Source: Candidatus Spyradocola sp. (GTDB lineage Bacteria > Bacillota > Clostridia > Christensenellales > UBA1750). Taken from it: a DNA stretch of 64,000 bases. The notes below the pieces were generated by a model, which saw only the letters and a program-made list of their open reading frames with translations, searched no databases and was not told where the DNA came from. The stretch's first letter is position 1. Every line of letters begins with the position of its first letter. A program made the position numbers and the translations under genes. The stretch is from the NCBI GenBank assembly GCA_034113365.1, contig JAXEXP010000039.1, positions 13,988 to 77,987 on the forward strand. The letters run 5' to 3'. Shown piece after piece: positions 54,245 to 63,576 of the stretch.

Positions 54245-55486
54245 ATGAAGAGGAAGTCGCGTTGGGGACTGCTGCGGGCGGGGTGCTGCGTGCTGCTGTG
54301 CTGCGCGGCGCTGGAAATGAGCGCGTGCGCGATCCGGTATGACAAGGTCGTCCGCCTGATCGACGAGCCTGCGCAGCAGGGCGGCGTCGCGCAGAGCGCG
54401 GCGCCTGCGGAGGAGACGGCGGAAGAGCGCATCGGCAGGGCGAGGGCCGCCTATCTCCATGAGCCGGTGCTGGAGCGGGAGGTCATGGGCGCGAAGCTGG
54501 AGTATGTGGTGCTGGAGGAGCCGGAGCGGCGCGCGCTGGCCGAAGGGATGGAGGCGCTGCTCGGCGGGATCGTTGGGTTCGACGGGGAGGCCATGGAGCG
54601 GGCCTATGGCGTGATGGAGCCCGCGCTCGCCGGGGCGGTCCGGGAGAGCGGGTACTATGACGCGCTGCTTAGCGAGGCGCAGGCCTGCGGGCTCAGCGCG
54701 TCGGTGCGCAGCGCGGACGTGGCGGCGGACGGCGTCGCCTGCAGGCTGGAGCGCGCGGACGGAACCGGGGTGCTGCGGTGCCGCGCGGCGGTCGTGGTGC
54801 ACAGCGAGGCGGACGCTGCGTTTTTCGGCCGGTATCCCTACCCTGGCCAGGGGGATGTGCAGATGGAGCTGTGGGCCTATTTCGTGCGGGACGGCGAGGA
54901 TTACCGCGTCGCGGGGTATGAGACGATGTACCCGGACGCGCGCCGCCTGTTCCTGTTCTACCCCGGTTTTGTCGCGGAAAAGGCGGTGGGCGACGCCTTC
55001 CGGCAGGCGCAGACGCGGTACGAATACACCGGGCTGGGCGTGTATGCGCTGACAGAGGGGGAGTACGCCGCGCTGCGGCAGACGGTGCAGGCATACCTGG
55101 ACAACTACTTCGCGTTTTCCGCAGCGGACCCCATCGCGGAGGGATCGGACTGCGCGCCCTACGCGGTCGGGGAGGTCCGCGACGCGGCCGCCTCCGGCGC
55201 GGTGATGGAGTACCGGCTGACGAACCTGCCCGCCCGCGCGGTGCGGGTGAAAAAAAGCGAAGGCCCCGATGCGGAGGCCCTCTGCGTGGACGTGGATCTT
55301 CTGGGGTACCTGCGGTGCGAAGGCGGGGATGCCTCGGTTTTGCGCGAGGGGATATGGCCCTACCGGCTGCGCTGCATCCTCGAGCAGACGGGCGAGGGCT
55401 ATGTGCTGCGCGACACGGCGCTGGGGGTCACCTCCGAGGGCGAGCTGGACGTCGATTTCTATGCCGAATCGCTGGATCAGGGCTAG
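54245..55486 (+). CDS. Hypothetical lipoprotein
   Basis: Starts at MKRKSRWGLLRAGCCVLLCCAALEMSAC (AGGAGGAG upstream), a lipobox-like signal. 413 aa. I recognise no family. Confidence 0.65.
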   Translation: MKRKSRWGLLRAGCCVLLCCAALEMSACAIRYDKVVRLIDEPAQQGGVAQSAAPAEETAEERIGRARAAYLHEPVLEREVMGAKLEYVVLEEPERRALAEGMEALLGGIVGFDGEAMERAYGVMEPALAGAVRESGYYDALLSEAQACGLSASVRSADVAADGVACRLERADGTGVLRCRAAVVVHSEADAAFFGRYPYPGQGDVQMELWAYFVRDGEDYRVAGYETMYPDARRLFLFYPGFVAEKAVGDAFRQAQTRYEYTGLGVYALTEGEYAALRQTVQAYLDNYFAFSAADPIAEGSDCAPYAVGEVRDAAASGAVMEYRLTNLPARAVRVKKSEGPDAEALCVDVDLLGYLRCEGGDASVLREGIWPYRLRCILEQTGEGYVLRDTALGVTSEGELDVDFYAESLDQG

Positions 55487-55790
55487 AGCGAGCGCGCGGG
55501 ACAGCGGAAAGGCGGCGAAGGGCTGAAGGGCGGTTTCCAACGCGAGGCCCTTCTGCGCCATGATGGCCCTTTGGGGCCGTCAGCAGGGCATCAACGGCAA
55601 GGCCTCCGGCGGTGAACGCGCGCAGCGGGGCCTTGCCCTTGAGCGCCTCCGGCAGACTGCGGCTCTCCCGCGTTTTCCGGCGGCTCGGCAGCGCGCAGAC
55701 CGCAAGGGAGAGCGCCGCGAGCAGCGCGCCCCCGGCGGTTCTGACCCGGCAGACCGGCGGATCAGGAGCTCAAACGATATTCAGTGCACG

Positions 55791-56208
55791 TCAGACGTTC
55801 CTTTCGATATGGTATTTGGCAAAGGCGCTGCGCACGGATCCCAGGCAGCTGCGGCCGATGGGGATGACGGTGCCGTCGCGCAGCGCCTGGAGCGCATCAC
55901 CCCTGCGCATGTGGGCGGTCAGGCATTCGCCGTCGGGGGCCTTGCAGATGTGGAGCCGGTGCGCCTGCGCTTCGATGGAGAGGATGCCGTGGAACGGGAG
56001 CACGACCTGCCGGTCCTTCAGCCGGAGCAGGAGCTGCCTGCCCTGCTGCAGCCGCAGGCGGCGCGAGACGATGTCCGGCACCTCGAAGATCTGCCGGTCG
56101 GCAAAGGGCTTGGCGATGCAGCACATAGGACTGGCTGCACGTGACGAACGCCAGGCTGACCTGCCCGTCCTGGCGGCGGATGGCCTCGGCAGAGCGAAAG
56201 ACCTCCAC
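55791..56208 (-). pseudogene. Decayed fragment of a LytTR-family response regulator
   Basis: One frame (56208 downwards) reads ...VEVFRSAEAIRRQDGQVSLAFVT, like the end of a receiver domain. After a +1 shift the 111-aa ORF reads IAKPFADRQIFE...VVLPFHGILSIEAQAHRLHICKAPDGECL, a LytTR N-terminal half. It lacks the FxRxHRSxxVN segment. There is no room for a full receiver domain before the next gene. Confidence 0.35.
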
Positions 56209-56375
56209 GCTGACGCAGGGCTCGCCGCGCAGCGCCCGTCAGCGGCCGATGCTGTCCGTCAGCGCCGCAATGTGCGCGGGGAAGGTTGTGCTTTGAGCGG
56301 CGCTGTGCTAAGATACCCTCGAATTGGGAAAAGGGCCCGGAGCAAGGCTCGGGCCGGGCAAAGGAGGGGGACGCG

Positions 56376-57995
56376 ATGCGGAAAAGATGGCTTTGGGCGC
56401 TGATCGCTTTGGCGGTGATCGCGGTCGGAGCGGCGGCCGCGGGGCTGACGCTGTCGGCGCGGTGCAGCGGGACGGTGGTGGTCACCGAGCGCGGCGTCGT
56501 GGCGGACAGCGTGCAGAGCGCGGCGCACAACCGCAGGGCGCTCAACCGCATCCTGCGCTGGGCGGGGCCGGACACGACGCTCGTGTTCCCCGAGGGCGAT
56601 TACTACATCGCCGCCTCGCCGCTGGGGGGCGTGTGCATCGCGGGCAAGGAGGGCATCGCGCTGCGCGGCGAGGGCGCAAGGCTCATCAACACCTCCTACA
56701 CGCCCTACTCGGCGGCCAGCGCGGCCCACTACCAGGACAGCAGCCTCATCGCCGTGCGCAGCGCCCGGGACGTCACCATCGAGGGGCTCACCCTCGACTA
56801 CGTTAGCCCCACCAGCGTCAGCGGCGTCATCACGCAGACGCAGGGCAGCTCGGCCGTGTTTGCGGCGTACGAGGAGTTCCTGACCGGGGAGACGGCGGTC
56901 CGGGGCGGGGAGTTCTGGACGAGCGTCAACCTGTTTGACGCAAGCGGCGACCCCGCCGGGGAGGTCTACCGGGAGGGAGTGCTGGAGCCGGTGGAGGGCG
57001 AGCCGGGCAAGTTCGTGCTGCCGGGCGTCTATGGCGAGGTGGGCCAACAGGTCTGCGTCCGCTTCACCTCCGGCACCTACGCCTGCCCGGCGCTGACGCT
57101 GCACGACGTGGAGGGCCTGACGGTGCGCGACGTGTGCGTGCGCGCCTGCCCGAGCGCGTCGGTGTACGCCACCGGGGACAACGCCGATTTCACGTTTGAG
57201 CGGGTGACGGTGGCGCCCGAGCCGGGCAGCCGCAGCCTGTTCTCCTCCAACGAGGACTGCATCCACATCCAGGGCCTGCGCGGCGCGCTCACGCTGACCG
57301 ACTGCACGTTTGAGGGCATCGGCGACGACGCGCTGAACGTGCACAGCCTGGCCGCCGTGGTCAGCGGGGTGGACGGGCAGACGCTGACCCTCGCAAACGG
57401 CCGCACCGGGCAGGCGATGACCGGCTGGGCGAGCGCGGGGGACGCCATCGAGGTCTATGACCGCGCGCTGAACCTGCTGGGCACGGCGCGGGCCGTGCGG
57501 GTGCGGGGCGACAGGCTGGAGCTGGACGGTGTGCCCGACGGGACCGGGGCGGGCGCGATCCTGCACAACGCGTCGCGCGTGCCGGAGGTGACGGCGGAGC
57601 GCTGCACCGTCCGGCGGGGGCGCGCACGCGGCTTCCTGCTGCAGGCGCCCGTGGCGGTGGTGAGGGACTGCACCTTCGAGGCGCTGGGGCTGTCGGGCAT
57701 ACTCATCGCGCCGGACGCGCAGGCGTGGTATGAGATGGGCCCCTGCCGCGAGGCGGTGCTGACCGGCAACACCTTCCTGCGCTGCGGGCTGCACGATGCC
57801 TCCGGCAGGATGGGCGCCATCGGCGTGGGGCTGGACCACGACCTGGCCGCGTCCGGCACGGCGACGCCGCACGGCGCCATCACCGTGACCGGCAACCGCT
57901 TTGCCGGCTGCCGGTGCGCTGTGTCCGTCCGCGGGGCGAAGGCGGTCGTCGAGCGGGACAACGACGCGGGCGGCGCGGCGATGCTCCTGAACTGA
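56376..57995 (+). CDS. Membrane-anchored right-handed parallel beta-helix repeat protein (pectate-lyase fold; glycanase or lyase candidate)
   Basis: Starts at MRKRWLWALIALAVIAVGAAAAGL (AAGGAGGGGG upstream). It has repeated beta-helix turns (RDVTIEGLTLDY, LTVRDVCVRA, LTLTDCTFEGIGDDALNVH, AVVRDCTFEALGLSGILI, LTGNTFLRCG, ITVTGNRFAGC). Confidence 0.75.
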   Translation: MRKRWLWALIALAVIAVGAAAAGLTLSARCSGTVVVTERGVVADSVQSAAHNRRALNRILRWAGPDTTLVFPEGDYYIAASPLGGVCIAGKEGIALRGEGARLINTSYTPYSAASAAHYQDSSLIAVRSARDVTIEGLTLDYVSPTSVSGVITQTQGSSAVFAAYEEFLTGETAVRGGEFWTSVNLFDASGDPAGEVYREGVLEPVEGEPGKFVLPGVYGEVGQQVCVRFTSGTYACPALTLHDVEGLTVRDVCVRACPSASVYATGDNADFTFERVTVAPEPGSRSLFSSNEDCIHIQGLRGALTLTDCTFEGIGDDALNVHSLAAVVSGVDGQTLTLANGRTGQAMTGWASAGDAIEVYDRALNLLGTARAVRVRGDRLELDGVPDGTGAGAILHNASRVPEVTAERCTVRRGRARGFLLQAPVAVVRDCTFEALGLSGILIAPDAQAWYEMGPCREAVLTGNTFLRCGLHDASGRMGAIGVGLDHDLAASGTATPHGAITVTGNRFAGCRCAVSVRGAKAVVERDNDAGGAAMLLN

Positions 57996-58060
57996 TGCAG
58001 GCGCTCTGCGCCGGGCCTGTAAGGCCTCCGCTTGAAGCAGGGATTTCTTATGACAAAATA

Positions 58061-58103
58061 ACGCCCCCCGGCTGGGAAAGCGTGCGGCCGGGGGGCGTTT
58101 TTT
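58061..58103. terminator. Bidirectional intrinsic terminator
   Basis: ACGCCCCCCGGC (58061-58072) pairs with GCCGGGGGGCGT (58087-58098). The T-run extends to 58103, and AAAATA lies upstream for the minus-strand MATE gene. Confidence 0.85.
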
Positions 58104-58119
58104 GCGGGAAGCGCACGGG

Positions 58120-59502
58120 CTAGGTGCGCGCCATGTTTTGGGAGGCGATGCGCTTCATGGGGCGGATGGACAGCAGGCAGACCAGTATGGTCAGCACGTC
58201 GGCCGCAGGCTGCGACAGGCAGATGCCCGTAAAGCCCAGCGCGCGGGGCAGCAGCAGGATGAAGGGGATGTAGAACAGCCCCTGGCGGATCATGGACAGC
58301 ACCAGGCCGTAGCGCGACGAGCCGATGGTCTGGAAGGTGATGGTCATCATGTAGCACAGCCCGAAGGCGGGGTAGAGCGCCACCTGCGAGATGAGCAGCA
58401 TCTGGCCGCAGGAGACGATCTGCGGGTTGCGGTTGAACAGCAGGATCAGCGGGCGGGAGAGCAGGATGTAGACCAGCTCCACCAGCACCGTCAGCACCAG
58501 CGCGCCCTTGAGCGCAAAGCGCACCGACTGGTGGAAGCGCTCCTCGTTTTTCGCGCCGAAGGCGTAGGCCGCCACGGGCTGGTAGCCCTGCATAAAGCCC
58601 ATCACCATGTAGCAGTCGATGAGGATGAGGCGCTGCACCACGCCGTAGGCGGCGATGATCTCGTCCGAGCCGGGCAGGGGCGCGGCGGCGATGTTGGTCA
58701 GCGACGAGGCCACCGACAGGCAGATCTGGATGACGGCTGTGGGGATGCCGATGAGGGTGACGGTCTTGATCAGATCCCAGCCGGGGCGGAAGGCCTTGAG
58801 GCGCACCTTGATGACCGAGCGGCCGGACAGGTAGAACCCGGCCAGGATAAAGAAGGTCACAAACTGCGACACCGTGGACGCCATCGACGCGCCCGCAACG
58901 CCCAGCCCCAGACCCCAGTCGAACATGAACACCGGGTCGAGCAGCACGTTGAGCAGCGCGCCCGTGATGACCGCAACGGAGGAGACACGCACGGAGGACT
59001 CGGCGCGCGAGGCGCAGTTCATGCTCTGGGCGGGCGGGTTGGCCAGCGCCGCGATGAACATCCAGAAGGCGTAGTCCTTTGCCAGCGGCAGCGACGCCTC
59101 CGACGCGCCGAAGGCGCGCAGCAGCGGCTCGATGAACAGGATGCCGCCCGCGCACAGCGCGATGCCGATGGCGATGGACAGCCCGATGACCGTGGTCACC
59201 GTGCGGCTGGCGCCGTCGTGGTCCCCGGCGCCCAGCTGGCGGCCCGCCAGCACCGCAGCGCCCGCCGCGAATATGTTCTCCACCGACACCATGATCAGCA
59301 GCAGCGGCAGCGTCACGCCCACGGCCGTCAGCGCCACGTCGGAGTTGAGCATGCCGATGTAGGCGGTGTCCACGATGTTGTAGACCGCCTTGGCCAGCAG
59401 CGCCAGCGTCGCGGGCACGGCCAGCTTGACGATGGCGCGGGAGGGCTTCATCTCCCCCAGCACCGATTCCGAATGCTTGGCCTGCTCAGACATATTCCTC
59501 AT
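58120..59502 (-). CDS. MATE family efflux transporter
   Basis: 460 aa, 12 TM helices. KLAVPATLALLAKAVYNIVDTAYIG is the typical MatE N-terminus. Confidence 0.9.
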   Translation of the reverse strand: MRNMSEQAKHSESVLGEMKPSRAIVKLAVPATLALLAKAVYNIVDTAYIGMLNSDVALTAVGVTLPLLLIMVSVENIFAAGAAVLAGRQLGAGDHDGASRTVTTVIGLSIAIGIALCAGGILFIEPLLRAFGASEASLPLAKDYAFWMFIAALANPPAQSMNCASRAESSVRVSSVAVITGALLNVLLDPVFMFDWGLGLGVAGASMASTVSQFVTFFILAGFYLSGRSVIKVRLKAFRPGWDLIKTVTLIGIPTAVIQICLSVASSLTNIAAAPLPGSDEIIAAYGVVQRLILIDCYMVMGFMQGYQPVAAYAFGAKNEERFHQSVRFALKGALVLTVLVELVYILLSRPLILLFNRNPQIVSCGQMLLISQVALYPAFGLCYMMTITFQTIGSSRYGLVLSMIRQGLFYIPFILLLPRALGFTGICLSQPAADVLTILVCLLSIRPMKRIASQNMART

Positions 59503-60109
59503 CCTTTCGCTCGATCACGCCGTAGAGCAGCAGATCCAGCGCCCTGCGGCAGCTTTCCTCCCGCTTTTCAAACTCCTGCGGGTCGCTTCCCGCCATGCTG
59601 TGTCTGGCGTTGATGAAGTCCTGAAACTGGCGGAAGGTGTCCGCCACCTCCTCGCGGGTGACGGACGCGCGCAGCGGCAGCTGGCACAGCAGGCCCTCCA
59701 GCGTCTCGCGGTTCAGCGCGTCAAACTCCCGCCGCACCGCCTGGACCTTCTCCCGCAGGTGCTCGGGCGGGGAGGTCACCGCCTCGCAGAACAGCGGCTG
59801 GTAGGCGGGGTGGTCGCGGAAAAACTCCAGCCGCGCGCGGAAATACCGCTCCAGCTGCGCCTTTGCGCTGCCCGCGCCGGTCAGCTGCGCCCGCAGGTGC
59901 TGCGTCAGCAGATCAAAGCACTCCGCCACGCACGCCAGATACAGCGCGTCCTTCGTCTCAAAATAATGGTACACGATGCCCTTGGAAATGCCCTGCGCCG
60001 CGCACAGGCTGTTGATGGAGCTGCCCCCGTAGCCCTGGCGGCCAAACTCCGCCAGCGCGCCCTCCAGTATGCGCCGCCGGGTCTGCCGGTTCTTTTCTTC
60101 CCGTTTCAT
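59486..60109 (-). CDS. TetR/AcrR family transcriptional regulator
   Basis: Starts at MKREEKNRQTRRRILEGALAEFGRQGYGGSSINSLCAAQGISKGIVYHYF (HTH). 207 aa. It overlaps the MATE gene start. Confidence 0.88.
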   Translation of the reverse strand: MKREEKNRQTRRRILEGALAEFGRQGYGGSSINSLCAAQGISKGIVYHYFETKDALYLACVAECFDLLTQHLRAQLTGAGSAKAQLERYFRARLEFFRDHPAYQPLFCEAVTSPPEHLREKVQAVRREFDALNRETLEGLLCQLPLRASVTREEVADTFRQFQDFINARHSMAGSDPQEFEKREESCRRALDLLLYGVIERKDEEYV

Positions 60110-60251
60110 TTGAAGCTCTCCTGCATGATGAATATTGACCACATGATCGATTTCTGCGTAGTATAGCACATTTCGACCAAGCGCCCAATCATCGATTGCG
60201 GTGGATTTCCATGCAGCGGAGTGGTAAAATGGTGAAAAGGAGGCGAGGGGC

Positions 60252-61466
60252 ATGAAGCGGAGGGGCGCTGTGCTTCCCGATTTCCGGCTCGAGGTTGCCG
60301 CGGGCTGCCGCGCGGAGGAAGTGGCGGAGCGGCTGCGGAGGGAGAAGGTCGCGGTCGGCGGGCTGGACTATGCGGTGGAGCAAAGGGAGCAGGGCGGGAC
60401 GATCTCCCTGCGCCCGCTGAGCGGCGGGCTGCTGGTCAATTCCTTCGCGCCCACGGCAACGGTGCAGGCGCGGCAGACGCCCGGCGGGTGCGCGGCGGAG
60501 ATCGGCGTTAGTGTGAACGAGGCGGTGCGGTATGTGCTCGTCGCATTCTGGGCGGAGCTGATGCTGTTTGCGGTGCTGATGCTTGCAGCGATGCTGTTTG
60601 GACATGCTGCGCTGCCCGGGTGGCTGCCGGTGCTGCCGCTCGTGCTGATGGGCGCGGCGACGGCGCTGTTCCGGGCGGTGTATCTGCGGGGCGTCAGGAG
60701 CATGATCGATCAGATGCTGGAAGCGCTGGGGCTGCGGATGCGCGTGCGCAGGCTGCGCGGGCGGCGCGGCAGAGCGCTGCGCGGGTGCGCGGTCGCGGCG
60801 GCGGCGCTGGTGCTGCTGACGGGGCAGGTGCATGCGCAGACGGAGCGCTGGGAAGTGACGGACGTGGCGCCGCTGGAAACCGAGGTGATCGGAAACGGCG
60901 CGCACTGCATGGACGTGCGGGAGGACGGCGGGTTTCTGCTGGGCTTCTCGGCGGGGCTGATCGGCGACGGGCGGGATCATGTGAACCTGTACGGCGCGGA
61001 CGGCACGTTTGAAGGCGGGATCTCCTTCCGGGGCGGCGGCGATTTCTGCGCGGGCTTTGACGGCGAGGACATGCTGATCTACGCAGTGCGCGATCAGACG
61101 CTGAACCGCATCAGCCGGGACGGCACGGTGCTGGAGCGCACGCGCGGCGCGGGGGATTGCGCGCTGGCAAGGGCGCTGGAGGAGCGGGACATGACCGTCG
61201 CGGCGGGCGGCGCCGTCTACCGGTACCGCGAGTGGTATGTGATCCCCTTCCCGGGCATGCAGCAGCGCATCGAGGTGACGCGGACCGAGCAGGGCGTCGA
61301 GCGGGTGCTGCTCAGCCGGGCGGTGCTGGGCATCTGGGAGAGCGGCGCGGCGGTCTGGACGGTGCGCGCGCTGTTCTTCGGCGGGATCGCGTGGATCGCC
61401 TGGCAGGTGTGCGCGCATTACGTCCGCGCGCGGGAAAAGCGCAACGAAAATGCGCTGCCCCGGTGA
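60252..61466 (+). CDS. Hypothetical membrane protein
   Basis: 404 aa. A soluble N-terminal ~90 aa, several TM helices, a ~200-aa Gly/Asp-rich segment, and a final TM helix. I recognise no family. Confidence 0.6.
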   Translation: MKRRGAVLPDFRLEVAAGCRAEEVAERLRREKVAVGGLDYAVEQREQGGTISLRPLSGGLLVNSFAPTATVQARQTPGGCAAEIGVSVNEAVRYVLVAFWAELMLFAVLMLAAMLFGHAALPGWLPVLPLVLMGAATALFRAVYLRGVRSMIDQMLEALGLRMRVRRLRGRRGRALRGCAVAAAALVLLTGQVHAQTERWEVTDVAPLETEVIGNGAHCMDVREDGGFLLGFSAGLIGDGRDHVNLYGADGTFEGGISFRGGGDFCAGFDGEDMLIYAVRDQTLNRISRDGTVLERTRGAGDCALARALEERDMTVAAGGAVYRYREWYVIPFPGMQQRIEVTRTEQGVERVLLSRAVLGIWESGAAVWTVRALFFGGIAWIAWQVCAHYVRAREKRNENALPR

Positions 61467-61629
61467 GCGGGACAGCGCAGGGGAAGGCGGCGCTTCTTGC
61501 CTGAAAAAGAAATTTATGGCAAAACGCGGCGTGCGTGCAACAAAACGCGGGCGGCTTCCGTCTAACGGGATGAACCGGGAGTGCGCCCGCGGCATTGCGC
61601 GGAAGATATGGGCGATGCAGGGCGCGGGT

Positions 61630-61914
61630 TCAGCGGGTCACGTTCCAGACGGACAGAAAGTCGGGGTCCGTGACGACCTCGCCGGTCGAGCGCAGCCTGT
61701 ATTCGCCGGGCTTTGCGACGGTGGTGGAGCGCAGGTCGGGGGGCAGCGATTTGGTGTCGCCGTTGGGCAGCCGGATCACGATCCCGTGCTCGCCGGACGA
61801 GATGACGGTCCCCCATAACTGCTTCTGCTCGATCCATGTGCCGTCCTCGGCGTAATAGGTCATGCCGACCAGTATTTTCTTGTGCAGCAGGCTTTCAAAG
61901 GTGACAGGTTCCAT
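61630..61914 (-). CDS. Small hypothetical protein (94 aa)
   Basis: Starts at MEPVTFESLLHKKILVGMTYYAEDGTWIEQKQLWGTV. Plausible coding composition. I recognise no family. Confidence 0.5.
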   Translation of the reverse strand: MEPVTFESLLHKKILVGMTYYAEDGTWIEQKQLWGTVISSGEHGIVIRLPNGDTKSLPPDLRSTTVAKPGEYRLRSTGEVVTDPDFLSVWNVTR

Positions 61915-61992
61915 GCGCACGCTCCTTTCCGGACGCCATCGCGGCCCGGCGGGTCCGGAAAACGGGGCGGCGGAAGGCGGGAGGGTCTGGAT

Positions 61993-62029
61993 AAAAAAAG
62001 CCGCCGCGGACAACGAGCTGTCCGCGGCG
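61993..62029 (-). terminator. Intrinsic terminator immediately 3' of tRNA-Leu
   Basis: The reverse strand reads CGCCGCGGACA-gctcgt-TGTCCGCGGCG, then GCTTTTTTT. Confidence 0.8.
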
Positions 62030-62032
62030 ACG

Positions 62033-62119
62033 TGGTGCCGGTGGCCGGACTCGAACCGGCACGCCCTCGCGGGCGGTGGATTTTGAGTCCACTACGTCTG
62101 CCAATTCCATCACACCGGC
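62033..62119 (-). tRNA. tRNA-Leu (anticodon CAA), type II with a long variable arm and encoded CCA
   Basis: The reverse strand reads GCCGGTGTGATGGAATTGGCAGACGTAGTGGACTCAAAATCCACCGCCCGCGAGGGCGTGCCGGTTCGAGTCCGGCCACCGGCACCA. Acceptor stem GCCGGTG/CACCGGC. Anticodon loop CT-CAA-AA. T-arm GGTTCGAGTCC. Confidence 0.92.
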
Positions 62120-62207
62120 GGGTCTGAGAAGTTACGCATGATAGTATAGCATTTTTTTGAAGAGATTGCAAGAGGGGTCTGCGGGCCCTGTGAGAGGATG
62201 TGCGGGC

Positions 62208-62945
62208 ATGAGGATCGTGGAGTTCGGGCAAAAGGGCGCGCCGGTGGCGGTGCTGCTGCACGGCGGCGGGCTGTCGTGGTGGAATTACCGGGAGGCGGCG
62301 CGGCTTTTGCAGGACAAGGTGCGCGTGGTGCTGCCGGTGCTGGACGGCCACGCGGGCAGCGAGAGGCACTTTACCTCCATCGAGGACAACGCGCGCGAGG
62401 TGATCGAGTGGATCGACGCGGAGGCGGGCGGCTGCGCGGCGGTGCTGGGCGGGCTGTCGCTGGGCGCGCAGGTGGCGGTGGAGATGCTCTGGCAGCGGCC
62501 GGACATCTGCCGGGGCGCGCTGATCGAGAGCGCGTCGGTGCTGCCCATGCGCCTGACCGGCGCGCTGCTGGGCCCCAGCGTGCGCATGAGCTATCCGCTG
62601 GTGTCGAAGGAGTGGTTCACGCGCCTGCAGTTTGACGCGCTGCACATGCCGGAGGCTTACTACGAGGACTACCGGCGCGACAGCCGGGAGATCGCGCTGG
62701 AGGACATGCTGGCCTTTCTCAAGGCCAACGCGGCCTACGCGCTCAAGGATGGGCTGGGAAAGACCCGCGCGAAGATCGAGATCTGCGTGGGCGGCGGGGA
62801 GCCGGGCGGCATGCGGCGCTCGGCGCAGAAGCTGCACGAGGCGATGCCGGGCAGCGCACTGCGCGTGCTGCCGGGGCTGCGGCACGGCGAGCTGAGCCTT
62901 GGCCAGCCGGAGGAATACGCCCGGCGCGTGCTCGGGCTGCTGTAA
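62208..62945 (+). CDS. Alpha/beta hydrolase fold protein
   Basis: Starts at MRIVEFGQKGAPVAVLLHGGG. It has a nucleophile elbow GLSLGA and a C-terminal His region (LRHGE). Confidence 0.75.
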   Translation: MRIVEFGQKGAPVAVLLHGGGLSWWNYREAARLLQDKVRVVLPVLDGHAGSERHFTSIEDNAREVIEWIDAEAGGCAAVLGGLSLGAQVAVEMLWQRPDICRGALIESASVLPMRLTGALLGPSVRMSYPLVSKEWFTRLQFDALHMPEAYYEDYRRDSREIALEDMLAFLKANAAYALKDGLGKTRAKIEICVGGGEPGGMRRSAQKLHEAMPGSALRVLPGLRHGELSLGQPEEYARRVLGLL

Positions 62946-62973
62946 GACGGAATCAATACGGGGAGGAGAGCGT

Positions 62974-63576
62974 ATGGACATCGATATGCTGAACCTGCGG
63001 CGTGCGGTGCGCGGCGACGAGCGCGCGTTCGAGACGCTGATCGGGCCGTATCTGGACACGACCTACCGGCTGTGCCTGCGCATGATGGGCAACGAGCAGG
63101 ACGCGGCGGACATGGCGCAGGAGGCGCTGGTGCGCGCGTGGCGGGCGCTGGGCAGCTACAAGGGGCAGTCGCGGTTTTCCACCTGGCTGTACCGGGTGAC
63201 GTGCAACGTGTGCCTGGACGAGCTGCGCAAGCGGAAGAACCTGCGCACGCAGTCGCTGCAGGAGCTGCAGGAGGAGGGCGTGGAGCTGGTGGATCCCGGG
63301 CAGACGCCCGAGATGGCGGCCGAGCGCGCGCAGACGCGAAAGGAGCTGAGCGAGGCCATCGGGCAGCTGTCGCTGGAGCACCGCACGGCGCTGGTGCTGC
63401 GCGACGTGCACGGGATGACGTACGAGGAGATCGCGCAGATACTGGACGTGAACCTGAACACCGTCAAGTCCCGCATCAGCAGGGCGCGCGCGGCGCTGCG
63501 GGCGATTTTGTCGGAGGGGCGGAACTTTCCGGCGGGGCGTGCGTCTAAAGGAGCAGAAGGGAGGGACGGCAAATGA
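62974..63576 (+). CDS. RNA polymerase sigma-70 family (ECF-like) sigma factor
   Basis: Starts at MDIDML (GGGGAGGAG upstream). Region 2 is DAADMAQEALVRAWRAL...FSTWLYRVTCNVCLDELR. Region 4 is MTYEEIAQILDVNLNTVKSRISRAR. Confidence 0.88.
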   Translation: MDIDMLNLRRAVRGDERAFETLIGPYLDTTYRLCLRMMGNEQDAADMAQEALVRAWRALGSYKGQSRFSTWLYRVTCNVCLDELRKRKNLRTQSLQELQEEGVELVDPGQTPEMAAERAQTRKELSEAIGQLSLEHRTALVLRDVHGMTYEEIAQILDVNLNTVKSRISRARAALRAILSEGRNFPAGRASKGAEGRDGK

